From NCBI GenBank assembly GCA_038884615.1, contig JAWABL010000003.1, positions 9,038-73,037 on the forward strand: DNA of 64,000 bases, read 5' to 3'. Source of the DNA: Candidatus Woesearchaeota archaeon. GTDB lineage: Archaea > Nanobdellota > Nanobdellia > Woesearchaeales > DSVV01. The position numbers and the translations under genes are program-made. Below are positions 9,792 to 17,142 of this stretch, one piece after another. The notes beneath the pieces are model-generated. The model was not told the DNA's origin. It ran no database searches and saw nothing but the letters and a program-made list of their open reading frames with translations. Within the stretch, counting starts at the first letter, position 1; each line of letters starts with the position of its first letter.

Positions 9792-11722
9792 ACAACTTCA
9801 CCGATATCACAAGGCACAACAATTCCAACTGATCTCTGAAGTGTTTTTTTAAACGAGTCTGATTTAAGTATCTCAATGAACTTCCGCACTGATGGCTTTT
9901 GGAGACTCTCTGTGTTTACGCAAAAATCGTAGTTTTCGCCTCTTAGCGGAATAAAAAACAGGTCATAGTTTACCGCAACAGCTTTTATCGCTATACCCCA
10001 GTCTGCTTTTCCCTGTGAAATCTTAGCGGCAACTGCTGTGTGAGTGTTGGCTTCAACCTCATAGCCTTTTATCTTCTGTATCAATCTATCAAAATCAAGC
10101 TCTTTACGCTTGCATAAATTCTTTAGAATTATTTCAAGAAGCACTCGCGTCCCGCTGCCTTTGTTTCTATTGATCATTCTATACTTAAAGATAAAGTCTT
10201 CAAGCTTCTTTCCTTTTACACCTTTTCTAAAAACAATTCCTTGCTCTCTCACATAGCCGCGAATAATACTCAGGTTTCTGTGCCTTGCAATAAAGGGAAC
10301 ATTGTAGATGCCGGTCTTCTCATCAAGCAGGTGTACTCCTGCAACATCTGCCTCTCCGCGTGCAGTCGCTTCAATCCCTGCGGTGCTTCCAGCATGCATA
10401 ACCTTGTATGTGAACCCTGATTTCCCAAGCATAGACAAAGCCGGCTCAAGCATTACGCAGTGGCTTCCTATGAAAGTAATATCTACCGGAGATATATTTT
10501 CTGAAAAAAGTTTGACATCAATTAATGAGTCTTTAAGGATTGATTCTGTATTTGTAGGTATCTCAAAGAATCCATCTGCAAATGCAAATGTAGTTATTGA
10601 GCCACTGCTTTTTGATATAGGGTAGGCAAAGATTCCATATTTTCCCTTTACTAAGTTAACAAGAATAAATTCATGCTTCCTCTCGGAATATATTCTCTGT
10701 GCAATCCTAGCCTTGATATGTTTGTGGTCGTATGAGGAAAGCCCTGCCTTAGCAGTTATCAGTGGACTACAAAAAAGCATAAAGGCTATCGCAGCCGAAG
10801 ACGGAAACCCTGGAAGAACAATCACAGGCTTATTTTTTGCCATGCCAAGAACCACTGGCTTGCCCGGCTTCATTGCAACACCATGAACGATAACTTCACC
10901 GACATTTTCAAGCGCCCTGTAGCAAAGGTCGCCCTTCCCGGCAGACGTCCCGCCTGACAAGATTACCATGTCATGCTCAAGACCCTTCAAAATTAAGGAC
11001 TGAATTTCAAGCATATTGTCCCTTGCGATTCCCAAGAACCTAGGCTCTGCAAGATGCTCTCTACACATATCGCAGATGAGTGACGCATTAATATCATATA
11101 TCTTACCTATAGGCAGCTTTTTTCCATGTGGAGATATCTCGTTTCCTGTACTTATCACTGCGACTTTTGGCTTTCTAAATACCTTAACAGTACAAAAACC
11201 TTGCGCAGCAAATACAGCAGATTCCCGCGGACCTATTTTTCGGCCCTTTTGAACAAGCACTTCGCCCTTCATCATGTCAGAGCCAGCGTGCATAACATTC
11301 TCGCCTGGAACCACCGGCCGATATACATTAACATACTCTCCTTCAATTGAAGTATTTTCAACCATAACTATTGCATTTGCACCTGTAGGAATAACTGCGC
11401 CAGTTGAAATTTCAGAGCAGTACCCTTTTAAAATCGCCTTTTTAGGATTTGTGCCAGCGGCTATTTTTTCTCCTGAAAGTTTTATTTTGACTGGTGATTC
11501 TTCGTCAGCGAAAAAAGTGTCTTTCGCGTTTACCGCATAACCATCTCGAGAAGAGCGGTCAAACGGAGGAACATCAATTCTTGCTATCACATCTTCAGCA
11601 AGAACCCTACCAAGAGCGTCAGAAAGAGAAACCCGTTCGGTGCCTATAGGCTCAAGCCCCGCACTTTTAAAAAAGATTTTTTTTGCCTCATCAATCTGCA
11701 TTAAATTATGGAACTCCCTCAA
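9779..11722 (-). CDS. moeA: Molybdopterin molybdenum/tungsten transferase MoeA fused to a C-terminal PBP (oxyanion-binding-like) domain
   Basis: PPFDRSSRDGYAV, STGNE, SGGTSAG, KPGKP, LPGFP; C-terminal GSHC, GSTAG, NRNKGSGTR, THTAVAA. Confidence 0.93.
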   Translation of the reverse strand: MREFHNLMQIDEAKKIFFKSAGLEPIGTERVSLSDALGRVLAEDVIARIDVPPFDRSSRDGYAVNAKDTFFADEESPVKIKLSGEKIAAGTNPKKAILKGYCSEISTGAVIPTGANAIVMVENTSIEGEYVNVYRPVVPGENVMHAGSDMMKGEVLVQKGRKIGPRESAVFAAQGFCTVKVFRKPKVAVISTGNEISPHGKKLPIGKIYDINASLICDMCREHLAEPRFLGIARDNMLEIQSLILKGLEHDMVILSGGTSAGKGDLCYRALENVGEVIVHGVAMKPGKPVVLGMAKNKPVIVLPGFPSSAAIAFMLFCSPLITAKAGLSSYDHKHIKARIAQRIYSERKHEFILVNLVKGKYGIFAYPISKSSGSITTFAFADGFFEIPTNTESILKDSLIDVKLFSENISPVDITFIGSHCVMLEPALSMLGKSGFTYKVMHAGSTAGIEATARGEADVAGVHLLDEKTGIYNVPFIARHRNLSIIRGYVREQGIVFRKGVKGKKLEDFIFKYRMINRNKGSGTRVLLEIILKNLCKRKELDFDRLIQKIKGYEVEANTHTAVAAKISQGKADWGIAIKAVAVNYDLFFIPLRGENYDFCVNTESLQKPSVRKFIEILKSDSFKKTLQRSVGIVVPCDIGEVVWRK

Positions 11723-12969
11723 AATAGATTCACCTCTATGCTTTCGCCGGTGTTGTACCCCTCAACATTTTCTGGAACAACTACAACGCCACTTGCTTCT
11801 GCAACTGTTCTTAGCGCGCTAGCACCTCCAAGCCTGAAAGGTAAAACGCAGTTCCTCTCAATTTTAACTCTAACAAAGTCTGTTCTTCCTGCTTGTGATG
11901 CGATTTTTCCAGTCAGTTTGTATTTCGCCTTACGCAGATGATCAAACGGATTGAAGTCGCACCCTTGCATTTTATATATTGCCGGCCTTACAAAAGCCTC
12001 AAACCCAATGAATGCTCCTACTGGACTGCCAGGAAGAAGAAAGATAGGTTTTTTTTTAACAACACCAAACCCGGCTGGACTTGCAGGGCGCATTGAAACG
12101 CCGTGAAAAACAAGCTTGCCCTCATCCAAAACTACGATAGGCGCGAGATCTTTCTCCCCAACAGATGTACCACCAGTAATTAAGATTATATCTTCAATAC
12201 ATGAAAGAATCGCTTTCTTAATTTTTTCTTTGTCATCCTTTACAATAGGCTTTATAGAAGGCAAAGCTCCAGAATCCTTAGCAAGCGCAGCAAGCATTGG
12301 GCTGTTTGAGTCAATTGTTTTAAACGGCCGTCTCTTTCTGACAATCTCATTACCGGTTGCAATGATCGCCACCGTTGGTTTTTTGAAAACGCGAACTTGT
12401 GTCTTGTTGAGGTTTGCCAAAATGCCTATGTGTTCTGGCCTAATTTTTGTTTTTTTTCTTATTGCAACATCACCTTTTCTGAAATCATCTCCCGCATGGA
12501 TAACATTTTTGCCTGGGGGAACTGCAGCAAATACTTTCACAAGATGGTTTTTCTCCTCAGTGTATTCTGCCATAACAACTGCGTTGGCATTTTTCGGAAG
12601 CATAGCGCCAGTCATTATCTTTATAGTTGTGCCCTGCTTCAGAGCTAGCTTAACTTTTTTTCCAGGAAAGGCCTCACCTACAATAGGCAGCTCAATCGGA
12701 TTTAGAGGGGAAGCACCGAATGTATCCTCGGCGATTACAGCATAACCATCCATTGCAGAACGGCTGAAAAGAGGAATATCAAACCTAGCTACAACATCTT
12801 CCGCAAGTATTCTATTTGGCGCGTTTAATATGTCCACTACTTCGACTTCAAGCTCTGGCGTTGTTCTTTTTACTAGTAGCAAAGCGTCTTGAAAGCGCAT
12901 TTTTTTCAAAAACCCTTTCATCCTAACATCTGTTTTGTCATCTATAAAGTTTTTTGACATAAGACTCAT
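11719..12969 (-). CDS. moeA: Molybdopterin molybdenum/tungsten transferase MoeA (second paralog)
   Basis: PLFSRSAMDGYAV, IMTGA, ATGNE, TGGTSVGEKD, LPGSP. Confidence 0.93.
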   Translation of the reverse strand: MSLMSKNFIDDKTDVRMKGFLKKMRFQDALLLVKRTTPELEVEVVDILNAPNRILAEDVVARFDIPLFSRSAMDGYAVIAEDTFGASPLNPIELPIVGEAFPGKKVKLALKQGTTIKIMTGAMLPKNANAVVMAEYTEEKNHLVKVFAAVPPGKNVIHAGDDFRKGDVAIRKKTKIRPEHIGILANLNKTQVRVFKKPTVAIIATGNEIVRKRRPFKTIDSNSPMLAALAKDSGALPSIKPIVKDDKEKIKKAILSCIEDIILITGGTSVGEKDLAPIVVLDEGKLVFHGVSMRPASPAGFGVVKKKPIFLLPGSPVGAFIGFEAFVRPAIYKMQGCDFNPFDHLRKAKYKLTGKIASQAGRTDFVRVKIERNCVLPFRLGGASALRTVAEASGVVVVPENVEGYNTGESIEVNLF

Positions 12970-12972
12970 GCC

Positions 12973-13503
12973 TCAACCGCAAACATGCCCAACAATATGC
13001 CCTGCCTCCGGAAGAATTAGTTTCTCAAGAGCAAGCCTGCAGGCTCTCGGACTTCCTGGGATGCAGAAAACAGCCTTACCCTTTGCTGTCCCTGCTGTTG
13101 CTCTTGAAAGCATAGCTGCGCTTCCTATTTTGTTATAGCTAGTGAGCGAAAAAAGCGCGCTGAAGGAAGAAAGCTCTTTTTCAAAAAACGGCCTTACCGC
13201 CTCAATGGTGACATCGCTTTTTGCAATCCCTGTACCACCGGTAAAGATAATTACATCTGAGTTTCCTTCACAAAGCCGGCGCAGCTCGTCTCTGATCGCC
13301 TTTTTATCGTCTTTTACAATGGAGTATGAAACAACATAGTGCCCTTCCCTGCTCACGAGTTCAGCAATAACCTTTCCGCTTATATCATTTTCCTTTGTTT
13401 TTGTCGTGCTAACAGTAACTAAAGCAAACTTAAGATGGCTCGGCGCAGAAGCCTTATGCTGTTTTGAAGTGTCCACATGCTCGCAGTTCTCTTTATCGCA
13501 CAT
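12973..13503 (-). CDS. moaB: Molybdopterin adenylyltransferase MoaB/MogA (start at the TAATG overlap with moaC)
   Basis: VTVST, DISG, VKDD, TGGTGIAKSDVT, AMLSRATAG, IPGSP. Confidence 0.92.
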   Translation of the reverse strand: MCDKENCEHVDTSKQHKASAPSHLKFALVTVSTTKTKENDISGKVIAELVSREGHYVVSYSIVKDDKKAIRDELRRLCEGNSDVIIFTGGTGIAKSDVTIEAVRPFFEKELSSFSALFSLTSYNKIGSAAMLSRATAGTAKGKAVFCIPGSPRACRLALEKLILPEAGHIVGHVCG

Positions 13504-13946
13504 TACTCCCACTTAACCTTTTTTTTGACTTGGACATCTGATATTTTTGCATGGTTGTACTGGCCCGTCACGTCCTTCTCAAGGTATTTTACCATGTCCC
13601 ATATTGTAAGAAGAGCAACTGACACACCGACAAGGGCTTCCATTTCAACGCCTGTTTTTGCGTCTGCACTGACCTCGCACATCGCCTTTATTCTATCCTT
13701 CCTAACTAAAAAGTTAAGAGAAACAAGATCAAGTTGTATGTTGTGACAGAGGGGGATAAGCAGTGAAGTCTGCTTGGCAGCATTTATCCCGGCAATCTCA
13801 GCTGCAACAAGAGGGTCACCTTTTTTTATTTTTCCTGCCCTTACAGCATCTATAGTGGTATCCTTAAGAAAGATTGAACCTACTGCAGTCGCGCTCCTTT
13901 TTACTGGCTTTTTTTGGCTTATGTCAGTCATCGCCATTTTAACCAT
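13503..13946 (-). CDS. moaC: Cyclic pyranopterin monophosphate synthase MoaC
   Basis: KGDPL, AAKQTSLLIPLCH, KTGVEMEAL, LTIWDMVKY. Confidence 0.96.
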   Translation of the reverse strand: MVKMAMTDISQKKPVKRSATAVGSIFLKDTTIDAVRAGKIKKGDPLVAAEIAGINAAKQTSLLIPLCHNIQLDLVSLNFLVRKDRIKAMCEVSADAKTGVEMEALVGVSVALLTIWDMVKYLEKDVTGQYNHAKISDVQVKKKVKWE

Positions 13947-13991
13947 AATTAAAGCATCTATTCAATTCTCTTTGTACTCAGTTATTTCACT

Positions 13992-14016
13992 TAGATGTAC
14001 ACAATATATACATCTA
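13992..14016. promoter_or_regulatory. Candidate operator (palindrome) between moaA and moaC, possibly bound by ModE
   Basis: TAGATGTA-N9-TACATCTA with perfect 8-bp arms, in the largest intergenic gap of the moa/moe cluster. Confidence 0.5.
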
Positions 14017-14054
14017 TGTATGTTAGTATTATCATCCACTGGATTATTCATGTA

Positions 14055-14906
14055 TTATTTAAGCGGTTTTCTGTTTGCTGGTCTGCTTTGCAAAACAGGT
14101 GCGAATGCACTTTGCTGGATAGGCACTGCTTCTTTCATCAAGCATTCTTTAATCCTGCCATCTGCGCTTATTCTTATCTTGTTGCATGACTCGCAAAACT
14201 GCGGTGATGGAGTCACAGTTTCAACAAACATTGTGCCAAAATGATAGCGTTTCCGCGCTTGCATTTTGCGCTTCTCTTGCCAGTCGCATTTTTCTGCGAG
14301 GTGCTTTTCGATATGCAAAAGAGGGAGGTGTAATCTTTGATAGTCTTCGTCGGTTACTCTACCAAGCTTTATAAGTTCTATAAGTTGCAGGTTGACATTA
14401 TACTGCATGCAAAAATCTAGCATCGGAAAAATCTCAGTATCGTTAACACCTTTCAAAACCACCATATTAAGTTTTACCTTGATATTTGCCTTTTTTGCAA
14501 AAAGTATCGCAGATTTGATGCGCTCTGTGTTTTTTGGAAGTGCTTCAGACAGACTGTCGCATCCGATATTGACTCTGTCAAGTCCTGCACGACTGAGTTG
14601 TTGTGCATATTTCGGTAACATGAGTCCATTTGTTACAAGCGAGACCTCCAAATAGCCGATTGAGTTTGCAATGCTCACTATCTGCACAATATCTTCCCTA
14701 AGCAATGGCTCTCCGCCTGTGAGTTTAAGAGTTGTTATTCCTGCGGCATTTGCAGCCTCAAGCAGACTCTTTATTTGAATAAGGCTCATCTCAGCTTCGT
14801 TTTCTACGCTGCCTTCTTTATGGCAGTAGAAACAGTCTAGGTTGCACTTTTCTGTGACGCTTAAGCGGAGGTGCGTCTTTTCCCTTCCTAAAGAGTCAAT
14901 TATCAT
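14055..14906 (-). CDS. moaA: GTP 3',8-cyclase MoaA (radical SAM)
   Basis: LRLSVTEKCNLDCFYCH, LTGGEPLLR, and C-terminal FCESCNKIRISADGRIKECL. Confidence 0.95.
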   Translation of the reverse strand: MIIDSLGREKTHLRLSVTEKCNLDCFYCHKEGSVENEAEMSLIQIKSLLEAANAAGITTLKLTGGEPLLREDIVQIVSIANSIGYLEVSLVTNGLMLPKYAQQLSRAGLDRVNIGCDSLSEALPKNTERIKSAILFAKKANIKVKLNMVVLKGVNDTEIFPMLDFCMQYNVNLQLIELIKLGRVTDEDYQRLHLPLLHIEKHLAEKCDWQEKRKMQARKRYHFGTMFVETVTPSPQFCESCNKIRISADGRIKECLMKEAVPIQQSAFAPVLQSRPANRKPLK

Positions 14907-15202
14907 TGTCTCTCCATTGCCTTCTCATACCTTGTTGTGAGCATTTTTCCGATATGAGTGAGCTTTGTTGAACCACCTGCATCTTTGCCTCCTTTACTAC
15001 TTTCAATAATCTTCCTGCCAAGGCGCTGCTCAATCCGCTTAATATAGTTGTATGCGGTCTTATAAGATATGCCAACCGCATCGGCGCTTTTTTTTAGAGA
15101 CTTTGTGATTTCAATCTCTTTCAGTAGTCTATATCTCCCTTCCCCAATAAGTGGGCAGCCGTTGTATTCAAGCCAGAACTTGTATTTTGTTTTAGTCCTA
15201 AT
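14903..15202 (-). CDS. modE: ModE-family winged-helix transcriptional regulator (DNA-binding domain only), probable ATT start
   Basis: Not in the ORF track. The frame reads (I)RTKTKYKFWLEYNGCPLIGEGRYRLLKEIEITKSLKKSADAVGISYKTAYNYIKRIEQRLGRKIIESSKGGKDAGGSTKLTHIG... Its stop overlaps the moaA start (ATGA). SD-like GAGGGG lies 8 nt before the ATT. Confidence 0.88.
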   Translation of the reverse strand: MRTKTKYKFWLEYNGCPLIGEGRYRLLKEIEITKSLKKSADAVGISYKTAYNYIKRIEQRLGRKIIESSKGGKDAGGSTKLTHIGKMLTTRYEKAMERQ

Positions 15203-15242
15203 ATTATCCGCCCCTCTTTTAATCAGGAAGTTTGCGATATGA

Positions 15243-15259
15243 ATTTAAATACTTTTCGC
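15243..15259 (-). promoter_or_regulatory. BRE-TATA promoter of the modE-moa operon
   Basis: Minus strand GCGAAAAGT-ATTTAAAT, about 40 nt upstream of the modE start. Confidence 0.6.
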
Positions 15260-15326
15260 TATGCATTAATCAATTGTGCATTAATTAATATTTTTCATAA
15301 TTTCAAAAAACACATAAAATTAGGAT

Positions 15327-17030
15327 TCAAAACCGTGGTGTATATTTTTTTAGCTGTTCATGTATCTTTTCTACATTTCCAACAAAATCAGAAAACAGAA
15401 TACTATCAAGCTTCTTACTATTTGTATTTATCATCCTTTCCAAATCTTTTACATAGCTATAGCTTTTAAAAAAATTTTTATCATTAAGTAATGCAGAATA
15501 AAGTTGAGGGCCCCATTGTTTAAGGTAGCTCAGATAATCATCAATTTCTTTTATCTGTTTCACTATTTTCTTTTTATCGTACTCCGTAGACCATGAGATA
15601 GAGAAACGATAGTCATTACGAGGCTTAGTAAGTTTTGGTGGTTCTGGATAAAAGAACTCAATTTTATAATTACCTTCAAAAGACCCTACTTTAAGTACCA
15701 ATTCAAGTTTGCTAATACGACCATATAAATTATTTTGGACTTTATAAGTAACCTTAACCTCATTTTTTCCTTTTATAAGAAGGCATGGAAACCTATTCTT
15801 AAATACTGCTTGGGGAATTCCATTAATATACAGTTCCTTTAGCAAATAAGTGAATGGAATGTTTGGGTGGGGAAAGGTTTTAATAGAGAAGGAGAGTTCT
15901 TCTTCTACATCTGTGTCGCTATTGTTCATGATGATGAAGGTACTCTCTATTTTCTTATCAATCCTGAATCTAAGCTTTCTATCAAGAAATAACCCTCTTG
16001 TGTCTGGTGTTAAAATCTTAATATTTGGTGTGATTTTCTGACCTTGCCTTTTTTGTTGGTGTCTTTGAGTTTGCTGTTGCAGAGCAGTAGTTGTTTGAGG
16101 TCGTCTTATACTTCTATCATTCTGTTTAAGATTATCTTTTTTTGTTTCAGCAGAACCTTCAGGTTTAATGGCTAGCTTGCCTTGCTTTTGAGACTCTTGC
16201 GGCGACGCTTTTAGATTTTGATTGTCAGGCATTATGTACGACGGAATTGCTTGTCTAGATGAAGGATAGTTCTCAGATTTGCTTCCGAATTTTGGAGCAT
16301 ATGAGTGTTTTAAGTAAGATTGAGGTGCGCTAGAAGCAGGTTGTTTATCGTTAAAGTCGCTTATTTTTTGAGTGGGCATAGGACTCCTTTGCTCTGGTGC
16401 GCCAAGAGGCGGCATAGGCCATTTAGCGACCTCGCTTGTTGTTGTGTCTGTAAACTTCTCAGTTACACAGATTATAATTATGATTATCCCTATTATTGAC
16501 AAAATAAGTCCGACTGCATAAAGAAGGCTTCCCATACCTGTTCTCTGTAGCCAGGCAAAGAACTGTGGGACCATTGCTTCTGACATAAGATAAACAAGTA
16601 TATAGGCGAACGCCACTGCGCATCTTGGTTTTGCTCCAAACCCAATAATAAGCTGATAGAACATAACACCGAAAAGAAGAAGTAATGCTACAATTGCTAT
16701 TGGCCAAAAATTCCCTATCCTAAATGTGCCGCCGCTTATATATTCAAAAAAAGCAACAGACAATGCAAGCAGAAGCCCTATGCCAGTTGATGCGGCGTTT
16801 CCAAGCCTGCTTTTTAAAGTAAATTTTGCAATTCCACCAAAAATTATTAGCCAAACAAGTAGGTCTATTATAAGGTAGTATTTATCATAATTAGGCCCAA
16901 ACTGAAGTTTTTCAAGAGCCTCAAAGACAGGCCGCAGTGCATTTTCTTGGGCGGAAACGACTGGAAGTGTGATTAAAACAGCAAAGAGAATCATAACAAA
17001 AGGAACTGTGTTTCTTTTCTGCTGTCGCAT
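15327..17030 (-). CDS. Hypothetical membrane protein: signal peptide, about 5 TM helices, Q/P/S-rich linker and a C-terminal soluble domain
   Basis: 567-aa ORF; hydrophobic N-terminal third; low-complexity QQQTQRHQQKRQGQ linker. Confidence 0.75.
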   Translation of the reverse strand: MRQQKRNTVPFVMILFAVLITLPVVSAQENALRPVFEALEKLQFGPNYDKYYLIIDLLVWLIIFGGIAKFTLKSRLGNAASTGIGLLLALSVAFFEYISGGTFRIGNFWPIAIVALLLLFGVMFYQLIIGFGAKPRCAVAFAYILVYLMSEAMVPQFFAWLQRTGMGSLLYAVGLILSIIGIIIIIICVTEKFTDTTTSEVAKWPMPPLGAPEQRSPMPTQKISDFNDKQPASSAPQSYLKHSYAPKFGSKSENYPSSRQAIPSYIMPDNQNLKASPQESQKQGKLAIKPEGSAETKKDNLKQNDRSIRRPQTTTALQQQTQRHQQKRQGQKITPNIKILTPDTRGLFLDRKLRFRIDKKIESTFIIMNNSDTDVEEELSFSIKTFPHPNIPFTYLLKELYINGIPQAVFKNRFPCLLIKGKNEVKVTYKVQNNLYGRISKLELVLKVGSFEGNYKIEFFYPEPPKLTKPRNDYRFSISWSTEYDKKKIVKQIKEIDDYLSYLKQWGPQLYSALLNDKNFFKSYSYVKDLERMINTNSKKLDSILFSDFVGNVEKIHEQLKKYTPRF

Positions 17031-17142
17031 TCCATTATTTTATAGAAAAGGGATATATAAAGGTTTGCCTAAAGATGCATCCAAAGAATTAATTAATTAA
17101 AAGATTAAAAAATCAAAATACAAAAAAAGTGTAATAGTCTTT

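Noticed and set aside
14035..14043. TCCACTGGA resembling a mini-ORB
   Set aside because: A single short match with no G-string and no initiator gene; expected by chance.
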